Below are positions 1-8,636 of a DNA stretch of 54,386 nucleotides, piece by piece. Below the pieces are notes generated by a model that had not been told where the DNA came from, made no database searches, and saw nothing but the letters and a program-made list of their open reading frames with translations. The stretch lies in the IMG/VR virus record IMGVR_UViG_3300018914_000003, positions 1 to 54,386 of that record; one strand, given 5' to 3'. The position numbers were made by a program, and so were the translations under genes. Source of the stretch: a virus. Lineage: Duplodnaviria > Caudoviricetes. The stretch's first letter is position 1, and each line of letters starts with the position of its first letter.

Positions 1-40
1 TATTTTCTTCGCTGGTAGAGGTTATGTCTTTTTTAGCCAT
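1..40 (-). CDS. Partial (N-terminus) HTH protein, copy of 46079..46435
   Basis: MAKKDITSTSEEN identical to the start of 46079..46435; cut by window edge. Confidence 0.8.
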   Translation of the reverse strand, partial: MAKKDITSTSEEN

Positions 41-42
41 GA

Positions 43-249
43 TTATAATATTTCAATTGTTTTACTTGGTTTCGGAAGACTTAGGTAATAATCCATGTCA
101 TATGTAAAATTCTTTCGTGTGCGTTCCATTTCGGATTTCGTTAGGACTTTGTGTAGTCGGGCAAAATACCAGGATCGGAAATTTTCGTGATCCTCTTTGT
201 CGTAAATTCTCGGTTTCTGATTGGTTTGAGGATGATGTGTTATTGCCAT
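43..249 (-). CDS. Hypothetical phage protein
   Basis: Near-identical to 46438..46644. Confidence 0.75.
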   Translation of the reverse strand: MAITHHPQTNQKPRIYDKEDHENFRSWYFARLHKVLTKSEMERTRKNFTYDMDYYLSLPKPSKTIEIL

Positions 250-291
250 TAGTTTTCATTTATTGTTTTTAGAATTTGATCTTTGTATTCT

Positions 292-555
292 TTAGGAATA
301 TATTTCAATGTTCTTTTTGTGAACTTCAGTCAAGTATTCTTTTGTGAAAATATTTGCGTGTGCTTTCTCATGGCAGGTTCTACATAGTGCAATAAGGTTT
401 TCAATCTTATCCTGAAGATGTTTCATTTTTGAGCCGAATTCAGATCTTCTTTTGATATGGTGAATTTCGGTTGCAGGTTTATGGCAAATCTCGCAATGGT
501 AAAACCCGGAATGAGAAGGGAAAAATTCAGTATAATTTTTAGTATGTTTCTCCAT
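292..555 (-). CDS. HNH endonuclease
   Basis: CEIC...EIHHI...NLIALCRTCHEKAH. Confidence 0.9.
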   Translation of the reverse strand: MEKHTKNYTEFFPSHSGFYHCEICHKPATEIHHIKRRSEFGSKMKHLQDKIENLIALCRTCHEKAHANIFTKEYLTEVHKKNIEIYS

Positions 556-847
556 CTTTTTTCAATTTATTATATGGGTTTAAAGGATGGTTAGGGTTAT
601 CATGAATTATTTTATGATCAGTATTGCAAACCGTTATTAACCATTTTATATTTTCACTTTCCTTGCCTCTTATACTTTCATTATTGACATAATATGTAAT
701 ATGATGAACCTCTAACCTAACCTTTGAACCGCAAATCCTGCATTGATGTCCGTCCCTTATTTTTACTTTTCGTTTAACCTCATCCCATTGGGGATCACTT
801 TTCAATGAATTAAGATATTTGCTGGGTCTCCCCTTTATCCTTCCCAT
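539..847 (-). CDS. HNH endonuclease
   Basis: RDGHQCRICG...LEVHH...LITVCNTDH. Confidence 0.88.
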   Translation of the reverse strand: MGRIKGRPSKYLNSLKSDPQWDEVKRKVKIRDGHQCRICGSKVRLEVHHITYYVNNESIRGKESENIKWLITVCNTDHKIIHDNPNHPLNPYNKLKKDGETY

Positions 848-1397
848 TTTTTAAGCTTTCAAAAAACTTTTCGTTTTTATCTGTCGAACTGAATAAATCT
901 GCTTTTTCGTGTTCAGGAATATCATATACTGCAGCAAGGCTTACATCACCGTTATCTTGCCACACATAAAAGTAGTATCTGCCTTTGTGGGGTAACCTGT
1001 AGGTCCTATTTGCCGGAACTTCTATTGAAGTTTTTTCAGCTTTAATTTCTAAAGCAAAATCACTGATTTTTGTTTGTAGCGCTCCTACTGTTTCAGATGC
1101 TGTTTCCTTTTCTTTTTTAGCAGTCTGCAGATCAGATTCTTTTTGTGCTAAATTTTCCCTAGCTTCCGGAAGTTCGTTTTCAACAACTCCCAAAATCATT
1201 TCTCTGAAATTGTGAATTTCTTCATCTGTGTACCATCTTTGAGCAAATGTTTTCTGATGTTCAGATACAGTGTTTAAAGCAAAGTATTCCTGGAATTCAT
1301 CAATTGTTTCAAAATTCCCTAAATTTTCAGGAAGATTTTCATCGTTTCCCGCTACACTAAAATTGTGTTCAAATGGTTTTTCTTCTAATAAATGCAT
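810..1397 (-). CDS. Hypothetical coiled-coil phage protein
   Basis: 195 aa; homologous to 47205..47792. Confidence 0.75.
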   Translation of the reverse strand: MHLLEEKPFEHNFSVAGNDENLPENLGNFETIDEFQEYFALNTVSEHQKTFAQRWYTDEEIHNFREMILGVVENELPEARENLAQKESDLQTAKKEKETASETVGALQTKISDFALEIKAEKTSIEVPANRTYRLPHKGRYYFYVWQDNGDVSLAAVYDIPEHEKADLFSSTDKNEKFFESLKNGKDKGETQQIS

Positions 1398-1408
1398 AAT
1401 GTTATTTT

Positions 1409-1855
1409 TTATAAATAGATTTTGTTTTCGTGTTGTTCAATTTGATTTTTGATTTCTTCCAGGTGAACCAGATCTTTCGGTTCCGGTAAATAAAGCCCTA
1501 AATGTTTTACGGAAAAGTTCCTGAATCGTTCTGTTGCTTCTGAAAATTCCTGTGTATTAAGCTCTGATGTACTTTTGATTCGGTCCCTAACTTCTCCGGT
1601 TTGATAGTTGATAAACTCAGTTTTGAAAATATGCTCATTAACTTTTTGTTTGAAAATAATTTGCTTTACATATTCTAGAGTTTCACCGTATTCCAAAGCA
1701 AACCAGCTTAGTATTAAATGCAGATAATTGTTTTGGCTGTACGTCCTGTTTTTCTTCTTTTCCAAGACTTCAATCTTTGCATTCTTATCAAGAAGATGCT
1801 TGATCCTGTTTATTGCTTTTTTTCTCATGTCTGGGTTGGAAGTATCGAAAATCAT
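1409..1855 (-). CDS. NinB/Orf-like recombination accessory protein
   Basis: RTYSQNNYLH and KSTSELNTQEFS motifs typical of NinB-like proteins. Confidence 0.7.
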   Translation of the reverse strand: MIFDTSNPDMRKKAINRIKHLLDKNAKIEVLEKKKNRTYSQNNYLHLILSWFALEYGETLEYVKQIIFKQKVNEHIFKTEFINYQTGEVRDRIKSTSELNTQEFSEATERFRNFSVKHLGLYLPEPKDLVHLEEIKNQIEQHENKIYL

Positions 1856-1861
1856 CTTGTT

Positions 1862-2101
1862 TTACTTTTCAAGTTGTTTTAAAAGTTCATCCGCCGCTTT
1901 TAATGCTCTCGCAGCTAAATATTCAGGAGTTTGAGAATTGTTTGATGATAATAATCCTTGCAATGCTAATCCCGCAAAATATTCTCTTTTTGAAAGACCA
2001 TGATTTACTTCATAATTCCAATTCCAAACTTCAGATAATTGATTTTTACTATTTGTGTTACTGATTAATTGTGGATATATCGGTTTTTCTGAATTTTCCA
2101 T
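1862..2101 (-). CDS. Conserved small phage protein
   Basis: GLSKREYFAGLALQG...AARALKAADELL, a common phage motif. Confidence 0.8.
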   Translation of the reverse strand: MENSEKPIYPQLISNTNSKNQLSEVWNWNYEVNHGLSKREYFAGLALQGLLSSNNSQTPEYLAARALKAADELLKQLEK

Positions 2102-2102
2102 T

Positions 2103-2978
2103 TTATAAAGAATTTAAAAGTTGTTTTTTATGTTTTTCGGCCAATGCAAGTCGTATTTTTGCTTTCTTAATATCTTCATCATCACGATGAATTTCAATGA
2201 CGAAGAGCTGTAATTCTGGGTTCACAAACCGGTCATCATAATCAATATAAAAGCATCTTTTTCTTCCAGAAGCAAGCAAGTTCCCCTGTATTTGCCAGTA
2301 ATAATCTTTTTCATGTTTCTTGAAATCTGCCTGACTTTTAATGTTTTTAATCCTAAATAGATGTGTTTTACTATCCGGGCATTTTACTTCAGCTAAATCA
2401 TCAATTGCAATAATTCCGTCCGGAGTTCCACCGAAATACGAACACAATTGAATGAATACTTGATCAGGACCTGTACACTCACACTTAACTCCAAACTTTG
2501 CTTCAAAGGCTGCAATCGCATCAAGTTCCTTTTCATTTCCACGGTCCATTGAATCATTGGAAAATCTTTTTACACTTTTTCCTTCTGTAAGAATTTCAAG
2601 GGCTTTTTCTTCGATATATGTTAGTGCTCCTGTAGATAAATATTCGCTATATTGAAAATCCGGTTTAAGTATTTTTCTTATTAATGACTCTTCAAATTGA
2701 AATTCTTTTGATAGATCTAAAATTGAACACTTATCATTTCCTCTTGGTTTGTATTTGCTCCTGATCTCTTCAATTTTTATATCAGATAAATCCAAATAAT
2801 CTATATCAGCCATTAATCTTCCAAGATCAGAAGAAGTAAATTTTCCAAGGCGGGATTTAAACCATTCTTCACGCTTCCGAATATCTTCTAAAGCTTTGTC
2901 TATTGAAGCCAAAGCCGAATCATGTTCGGCTTTTAAAGCTTCAAGATCTGGTATGATGATATTACTCTTCGTTAGCAT
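2103..2978 (-). CDS. YqaJ/lambda-exonuclease family protein (allele A, with ~49 aa insertion)
   Basis: W..R.GKFTSS, M.RG.E.E, GGTPDG, EVKCP, YYWQIQG. Confidence 0.9.
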   Translation of the reverse strand: MLTKSNIIIPDLEALKAEHDSALASIDKALEDIRKREEWFKSRLGKFTSSDLGRLMADIDYLDLSDIKIEEIRSKYKPRGNDKCSILDLSKEFQFEESLIRKILKPDFQYSEYLSTGALTYIEEKALEILTEGKSVKRFSNDSMDRGNEKELDAIAAFEAKFGVKCECTGPDQVFIQLCSYFGGTPDGIIAIDDLAEVKCPDSKTHLFRIKNIKSQADFKKHEKDYYWQIQGNLLASGRKRCFYIDYDDRFVNPELQLFVIEIHRDDEDIKKAKIRLALAEKHKKQLLNSL

Positions 2979-3384
2979 CGAAAAGATTGATATTTAATTC
3001 ATCCACATCAAAAATTGGAATCTCATTTCCTCCGACTGTTTTTGTTGTACCGGTGCATGTGATTCTTACACCTTGACCGATCTTCGTACTCATTAGAGCT
3101 TGAATCAGCACTGTTTGGCCGGCAATAAAGGCTTTGTCTCCATCATGAAGTTTTGCCAGGAAATATGTATTTCCCTTAGCGTCTGTTGCTTCTTTTAATC
3201 CAAGAAAGAAACATTCAGTAGGTTTATCCTTTTCGGCAATCCATTCTTCTTTTTTCTGATATGATACCGTTAACTTTCTGTTGGTTTCGGCATTCTTTAA
3301 GGCACCGATTGCATTTGTTGAAGGCATGATGAATGTTACTTCACCGTTTTTCGGATATAATTCCACTTGATTTTCGTTTGACAT
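2962..3384 (-). CDS. Putative OB-fold ssDNA-binding/annealing protein (allele A)
   Basis: Beta-rich 140 aa with acidic tail, directly upstream of the exonuclease; distant similarity to 49190..49621. Confidence 0.5.
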   Translation of the reverse strand: MSNENQVELYPKNGEVTFIMPSTNAIGALKNAETNRKLTVSYQKKEEWIAEKDKPTECFFLGLKEATDAKGNTYFLAKLHDGDKAFIAGQTVLIQALMSTKIGQGVRITCTGTTKTVGGNEIPIFDVDELNINLFDANEE

Positions 3385-3404
3385 TTTATAAATTTTTAAT
3401 GTTA

Positions 3405-4550
3405 TTATTTGGAATTGTTTATTACTGAAATTGAATCAGATATTGCATCTTGTATTCTTTCCATGCATCTGATGAGTTCAACTTTCAACTTTTCATCATT
3501 AATTTCTGGATCAGCGATAGTATATTGTAAACTTTGTAAAAATTCAACAGCCTTCTGCTTTTCAGGTTTTAAAGCATCCAATCTTGCAGCCTCTGCCTTT
3601 GCTTTCTTTTCGGCATCAGCTTCTTCTTTTGCTTTACGATCTTCTTCTGCTTTGGCATCTTGTTCAGCTTTTTCTTTGGCAATTCTGTCAGATTCAATTT
3701 TTGCAAGGCGATCTTTTTCATCCTGTAATTTTTTATTTTCAGCATCAATTTTAGCCTGTTGTTCTTTCATTGCAGCATCTTGTTCTCCTTTTTCCTTAGC
3801 AAATTTTTTACGCTCGGCCTCAAGTTCAGCTTCTTGATCCGCTTTTATTTTTGCAAGGCGATCTTCATCAGCTTTACGATCTGCTTCCAATTTTGATTGA
3901 GCTGCTTCAAGTTCTTTTCTCTCTTCTTCCATCTTTATTTTTTCAAGCCTGTTTGCTTCAGCTTGTTCAAGAGCTTTAATTTTGGATGAAAGAGTATTTT
4001 TTACGAGGATTATTTTTTCATTGAAGTCAAGTTCAAATTCCTCGAATTGTGCAACATCAGTCTGGAAAAGGTTTTGTTCAAAATCAACTTTAAGAGAATC
4101 AATTGTTTCAAATGACAACTTGTTAATTTTTTGAAGGGCTTCTTCATAAAGAGAATTGATTGAATCACGAATCTTATTTTTTCTTTCTTCTTCAATCCTT
4201 AATTTCTCCTGTTTTTCTTTCTCCTTGATTTCTTCCCATCTTTTCACTTCAGATTGTTGCTTTTCTTCATGTGGTTTGGTAATGGAAATTAATCCTTCAC
4301 TTACTCCGGCAACTGCTTCCCGGAATTTTTTTATTTTGGAAGCAATTAATTTATCCTGGTTTTGGATTTCAGTTCTGGCAGTAACAAGGGTGGTCCTTGT
4401 TTTTTTTGCTTCCTCATAAGTTTTATTATCAGTGATTTCAACGAAAGGATTTTCTTTGACTATCTGCAGCTGCTTTTCTTTCATTCCCTGCAGTTCAGGA
4501 AGATCATTGACATCGATTTGATCAATTTGAATTAATGTTTGTGTGCTCAT
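3405..4550 (-). CDS. Long coiled-coil phage protein
   Basis: E/K/A-rich heptads; central part near-identical to 49629..50792. Confidence 0.8.
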   Translation of the reverse strand: MSTQTLIQIDQIDVNDLPELQGMKEKQLQIVKENPFVEITDNKTYEEAKKTRTTLVTARTEIQNQDKLIASKIKKFREAVAGVSEGLISITKPHEEKQQSEVKRWEEIKEKEKQEKLRIEEERKNKIRDSINSLYEEALQKINKLSFETIDSLKVDFEQNLFQTDVAQFEEFELDFNEKIILVKNTLSSKIKALEQAEANRLEKIKMEEERKELEAAQSKLEADRKADEDRLAKIKADQEAELEAERKKFAKEKGEQDAAMKEQQAKIDAENKKLQDEKDRLAKIESDRIAKEKAEQDAKAEEDRKAKEEADAEKKAKAEAARLDALKPEKQKAVEFLQSLQYTIADPEINDEKLKVELIRCMERIQDAISDSISVINNSK

Positions 4551-4568
4551 TCTGTTTGGTTTAATTGA

Positions 4569-4757
4569 TTATTTTCTTTTCTTTAATTCCCAGTATTCGC
4601 TTACTAACTGCTGATTGAAGGAAACTGTTAAAGGAGAATTGTTTTTAATTGCTGTGTTTAATCTTTCCTACCAGAAGGGCGTTTTACTGCTGATTTGCTC
4701 ATTTATGATTTCAATCCTTTCCTTTACCGGTTTTGATATATAATTTTGAAAATTCAT
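4569..4757 (-). pseudogene. Small ORF interrupted by an in-frame TAG
   Basis: ATG at 4757, TAG at 4668-4670, frame stays open to TAA at 4569; fills the intergenic gap. Confidence 0.5.
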
Positions 4758-4758
4758 T

Positions 4759-5055
4759 TTATGAAGCAATTAAGTATGGATTGAAAGATTGTTTTCTGTA
4801 ATTTTTAAACCAGATAGCGATCATTCGCCTTATCTTTTTATAAACTGTTGAAGTTTTAAGAATTATTCCGGTTTTTTTGCTGTCAGCATTCATAAAAAAG
4901 AATTTTCCGCATTCTATTCTGATTCTAACATCTGAATCTTCAAACCAGATAAAACCGAATGTTTTCTGTTTGTTAAGTCCTGTAACATCCATTTTGTAGA
5001 ATTGAAATGTTTTTACTTTTTTTCCTAAGATTATTTTTTGTAGTTTTGTTGCCAT
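4759..5055 (-). CDS. Hypothetical protein (A-specific)
   Basis: 98 aa ORF in the operon. Confidence 0.6.
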   Translation of the reverse strand: MATKLQKIILGKKVKTFQFYKMDVTGLNKQKTFGFIWFEDSDVRIRIECGKFFFMNADSKKTGIILKTSTVYKKIRRMIAIWFKNYRKQSFNPYLIAS

Positions 5056-5087
5056 ACCGGTTTGATTATTTTTTTTAATTAAGCTTT

Positions 5088-5116
5088 TGCCATCTGTTCC
5101 ACCAGGTGGCTTTTTT
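5088..5116. terminator. Hairpin GCCATCTG-N6-CAGGTGGC after the excisionase-like gene
   Basis: Stem conserved in copy B (about 51651-51677) with a different loop. Confidence 0.45.
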
Positions 5117-5387
5117 ATTTTTTGCTAATGAAATAAAGCTCGATTGCCTTTTTAGAATCTATTTTCATCTGCTTTCCAGAGTTCATTATTGCAGCGTCAA
5201 TAATTCCTGAATTTTTAATTTCCTGCGCTTTTGTCAATCCGCAATTAAAAAGTTTTGCAATCCCTCTCATTCCGTAAACCCACTCTATTTCCTGCTTATC
5301 TTCTTTACTTATAGCAGTGCGGATTGTCTCTATAAATTCCCGGCCTGTCATTTGAAAGATGTGTTTGTCTAATATTTCGGAGTTCAT
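5115..5387 (-). CDS. DUF3853-like excisionase/winged-helix protein
   Basis: WVYGMRGIAKLFNCG...IKNSGIIDAAI; near-identical to 51676..51948. Confidence 0.8.
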   Translation of the reverse strand: MNSEILDKHIFQMTGREFIETIRTAISKEDKQEIEWVYGMRGIAKLFNCGLTKAQEIKNSGIIDAAIMNSGKQMKIDSKKAIELYFISKK

Positions 5388-5620
5388 AATGTTATCTTTA
5401 TTCCGTTTGCAATTTTTAAGATCTTTTCAGCTAAAACTATTGCTTGATCTTTCTCTAAATAGCAACAATTTTCTACATCTGATTCTGAATTGTAAATAAC
5501 TAAGCAAACTTCATCAGAAGTTTCAGTTTCGCCCTGACTGTGCATGATAGATGTTTTTACTTTTTGAACACTAAGATTAGAGCCGCAGTTTGTTTCGATT
5601 TTATAGACTTTGTTTTTCAT
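5384..5620 (-). CDS. Hypothetical protein (A-specific)
   Basis: 78 aa; overlaps the neighbouring start. Confidence 0.6.
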   Translation of the reverse strand: MKNKVYKIETNCGSNLSVQKVKTSIMHSQGETETSDEVCLVIYNSESDVENCCYLEKDQAIVLAEKILKIANGIKITL

Positions 5621-5624
5621 TGCT

Positions 5625-6368
5625 TTAACTTTTTCTAAATTCTAAAATTGATTTCCTCACAGATCTGGCAGCGAGGTTTGCGGTTTTAGCGCATTCTTCA
5701 TTACTATATCTTCTATTTTTCTCAATATCATCCATTGCTAAAGTTTCAGCAAAGGCAATTGATTGTAATTCAAGCAAAGACATATTCTCACGGAGATTAT
5801 CCTTTTTAGCAAGTCCTTTCTTCTCACGTATTTCCGATGCTTCTTTGCCGTATAATTCAACATACATGGCATTCGTGCATCTTTTGTAACCATCACCGAT
5901 AACACCGTGTTTTCTTAGGGTAGAGGTAAATTCATTTCTTACACCTTTTCCGGTAAGTCTCTTCATAATCCATTCGGAAGACATTCCTTTGCGTTCATAA
6001 GTCGAAATTGCCCGGTCAACAATTTTATCAGGATTTTTCTCCTCTTCAATTCTTTCAAAGAAAACTTCATTGACGAGAATGTGAAGTTTTGGATCTAAAT
6101 ATTTGGCATAAGCAAGAGCAATGTTTTTATGTGAAAATGTTCCACCGCCTTTTCCTTTTTTAGATTTTATAATGTGGTTTTTGACCGTATTTAAAATTTC
6201 AGTAGCAGCATCAATAAGATTTACCGCAGATTCGGTTCTTTGCCAATCATTTGGATTCTGGTTTTTAGGTGAGCCCGCAAGTTTCCAAAGGTCAGTCAAT
6301 GAAAACATTTCATTTTCTACTCTCACATTACTCAGGATGTCCTTCTTTCTGATTTTTTGTAGTTCCAT
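5625..6368 (-). CDS. KilA-N domain protein (antirepressor-like)
   Basis: FSLTDLWK...P.DW...KKGKGGGTFSH..IALAYAKYLDP. Confidence 0.88.
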   Translation of the reverse strand: MELQKIRKKDILSNVRVENEMFSLTDLWKLAGSPKNQNPNDWQRTESAVNLIDAATEILNTVKNHIIKSKKGKGGGTFSHKNIALAYAKYLDPKLHILVNEVFFERIEEEKNPDKIVDRAISTYERKGMSSEWIMKRLTGKGVRNEFTSTLRKHGVIGDGYKRCTNAMYVELYGKEASEIREKKGLAKKDNLRENMSLLELQSIAFAETLAMDDIEKNRRYSNEECAKTANLAARSVRKSILEFRKS

Positions 6369-6407
6369 AATTAATTTGTGAATTTTTCTGGATGTTCTTT
6401 AATTAGT

Positions 6408-6692
6408 CTAGCGAGGGTTTGCATTTATTTTAGCTGTGCGTTTTGATTTTTGTTTTATATTCATCACATTAATTAAATTTTGTGCATCATTGATCTGTTC
6501 CTGCATTTTTGCTTTCAAAACTTCCTGCACACGGTCAATTTTACTATCCGGAATTCTTGCATCATAGAACCAAAGGTTTTTAATAGATTCCGTTGATATT
6601 CCAAACTCTTTATGAAGCTGATACTTCACGTCTTCTTTTCTGTCATTGGTCAGACTTTTGAAAATTTCCTTTATGTTTTCTGCTTTGTTCAT
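6408..6692 (-). CDS. Cro-like HTH regulator (allele A)
   Basis: Small, HTH-like (LHKEFGISTESIKNLW); first gene of the lytic operon, divergent from the repressor. Confidence 0.6.
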   Translation of the reverse strand: MNKAENIKEIFKSLTNDRKEDVKYQLHKEFGISTESIKNLWFYDARIPDSKIDRVQEVLKAKMQEQINDAQNLINVMNIKQKSKRTAKINANPR

Positions 6693-6701
6693 ATTATTTT
6701 T

Positions 6702-6802
6702 TATATTTGTTTGCGAGCAACAATGTTTTGTTATTTCAAAGATAATAAAGTTTATTTAAAGTACAATAGTTTATATAAACTTTTTTGTTTAAAATTTAAA
6801 AC
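6702..6802. promoter_or_regulatory. Divergent cro/cI promoters and operators (allele A)
   Basis: TATATTTG (+, 6702-6709); TATCTTTG (-, 6737-6744); palindrome AGTTTATATAAACT 6768-6781 with variant AGTTTATTTAAAGT 6749-6762. Confidence 0.55.
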
Positions 6803-6970
6803 TTGTTGATTACCAATGCTATTATTTTCAATAGAAGTGGATGAATATTCCGCATAAACACGGTTAATGAATGTGAACAGATTATATAATTTTACTTTGA
6901 AAGGATGAATAAATATGGTAAACCGTAATTTAGTTAGCTAAAAAGTATTTTTTTACAAAAAACATTAAAT

Positions 6971-7510
6971 ATGAAAGAAAAAGAAAAGATAAACATGTTT
7001 ATTCAATATCTTTTAGTAAGTGGGAAGTATGAAAGCCAAGCCGATATTGGAAAAAAATTAGGCTATGATAATAAATCTTCTTTTTCTCAATTGCTTAAGA
7101 AAGAGATTACATCAACTTTTAAAGAAAAATTCATAAAACTATTTCCAGAGTATGAAGATTTTAATATAAACTTTGAAGTAAGTACAGAAAAAAAAGAAGT
7201 AAGTATAGAAAAAAAAGAGGATCAAACTAAAGAAAATGAATTCATTTCTTTACCGATTGAAGAAAAACTGAATATGATATATAGCCAAAATCTCAAAATA
7301 CAAGAAAAATTAGAAATAAATAAAAAAGCCTTAAAAACGAATGAAGAAAAAATTGAAGATATCAAACAAGACAATGCAGACCGGTATAAGGCAGCGTTAT
7401 TGTTTAACAGAATTTATTTTGACATGTTATTAGAGAATTTTAACATGCGCTTAGAAAACGAGAATAAGACAACAGTTGAAGATATTTTCGAAGAATCTAG
7501 TTTAAGTTAG
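6971..7510 (+). CDS. CI-like repressor (allele A): N-terminal HTH plus coiled coil
   Basis: SQADIGKKLGYDNKSSFSQLL HTH; divergent from cro; no S24 peptidase motif seen. Confidence 0.7.
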   Translation: MKEKEKINMFIQYLLVSGKYESQADIGKKLGYDNKSSFSQLLKKEITSTFKEKFIKLFPEYEDFNINFEVSTEKKEVSIEKKEDQTKENEFISLPIEEKLNMIYSQNLKIQEKLEINKKALKTNEEKIEDIKQDNADRYKAALLFNRIYFDMLLENFNMRLENENKTTVEDIFEESSLS

Positions 7511-7748
7511 TTCGTAGGATTATTATACAAAATCTGAATTTAGTTACACAAAGACGCCTTGATGCTGTGGAATTTATTAATGATATCTGTTGTTTGGAGA
7601 AATACAAATCTCTTGAAAGCACACTAGTAAAAAGACCGTTGTTCTTATTATACTCATTATGATTTATTATTTTCATTTTATACATCTTTATGTTTAAAGT
7701 ATACAAGATGTCAATAATATTAATGCTAGCAGTCTTATCGTTATTCAT
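7497..7748 (-). CDS. Small hypothetical protein convergent on the repressor
   Basis: Positional and weak sequence counterpart at 53800..54036. Confidence 0.5.
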   Translation of the reverse strand: MNNDKTASINIIDILYTLNIKMYKMKIINHNEYNKNNGLFTSVLSRDLYFSKQQISLINSTASRRLCVTKFRFCIIILRTNLN

Positions 7749-7987
7749 GGTATTGAATTATAAGATTAAATATATTAAAATAATAATATTTTCTTTAGAT
7801 ATGAATAATTATTTTTAGTATCCGTCACATAACAATTAAAATTATAAACGTAAACATCTATAAGACAAAAGTATAATCACAAAGCGACAAAACTTGACGT
7901 ATTAAAAAAAGAATATGAATAAATTACAGATAGTTACATTTACGAAAAATATTAAATGGCGGATTTGTCGAACTAAATAAATTTATT

Positions 7988-8167
7988 ATGAAAAAAATTA
8001 CAATCTTTTTATTAAGTGCTATTTTATTAAGTACTTCTTGCAGTAATAATGATTCAGAAGAGATTAAAACAGATATTACTGATAATCGCCCACCAATACC
8101 AGTCAGATTTGTATCAAAATTTTACCAAGTCGTAGCATGGGCTTTTTTTGAAAGATTATCATACTAA
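7988..8167 (+). CDS. Small lipoprotein (59 aa, not in the ORF track)
   Basis: MKKITIFLLSAILLSTSC lipobox followed by SNNDSEE; identical start at 54279. Confidence 0.7.
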   Translation: MKKITIFLLSAILLSTSCSNNDSEEIKTDITDNRPPIPVRFVSKFYQVVAWAFFERLSY

Positions 8168-8171
8168 AAAT

Positions 8172-8636
8172 ATGAATTGTAATAGATTTTTTATTAGTAG
8201 TGTAACCAGTATTGCCTTGGGTATTTTGATTTATCTGCTTTTCAGAACTTCAAGCCTAAAAGTTTTCTCGTGGCTTGAATTTATAGGAGTAAATAAATTT
8301 ATCACGAAGTTTAGAAATTGGATAGACATATTTTCTTATAAACTTCCGGAGTGGTTTTTATTTTCATTTCCCGACAGCCTCTGGGTATTTTCCTATGTCT
8401 GCGTGATGCTCGGTATCTGGAAAGGCATCGTTTCGCCTTCTAACTTGTTTTGGGTAAGCATTGTGCCATTTATTGCAGTCTGTTCAGAATTAGGGCAGCT
8501 TACAGGCTTTACTAAGGGAACTTTTGATTTTTTAGATATTATTTTCTATATCATAGGCAGTCTCCTGCCGCTTTTACTTTTCAAACAATCAATAACATAT
8601 CATTTAAAATTTTTACAACATGAAAACAAACATTAA
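8172..8636 (+). CDS. Multi-pass membrane protein
   Basis: About 4 hydrophobic segments; PD.LW, SELGQ, GTFD motifs; ATG at 8172 preferred. Confidence 0.7.
   Translation: MNCNRFFISSVTSIALGILIYLLFRTSSLKVFSWLEFIGVNKFITKFRNWIDIFSYKLPEWFLFSFPDSLWVFSYVCVMLGIWKGIVSPSNLFWVSIVPFIAVCSELGQLTGFTKGTFDFLDIIFYIIGSLLPLLLFKQSITYHLKFLQHENKH

Larger units (their letters stand above)
1..8095. repeat. Early module copy A (diverged direct repeat of 46396-54386)
   Basis: Gene-by-gene synteny with copy B; 1-99 identical to 46396-46494; 7969-8095 identical to 54260-54386. Confidence 0.95.

Noticed and set aside
3409-4419. Plus-strand ORFs opposite the coiled-coil genes (also 49753-50643 and other antisense ORFs in the track)
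   Set aside because: Ser/Phe/Leu-rich shadow frames of E/K/A-rich genes with no independent evidence
4668-4670. TAG recoding (alternative genetic code)
   Set aside because: Only one internal TAG; all long genes are intact in the standard code and several end in TAG
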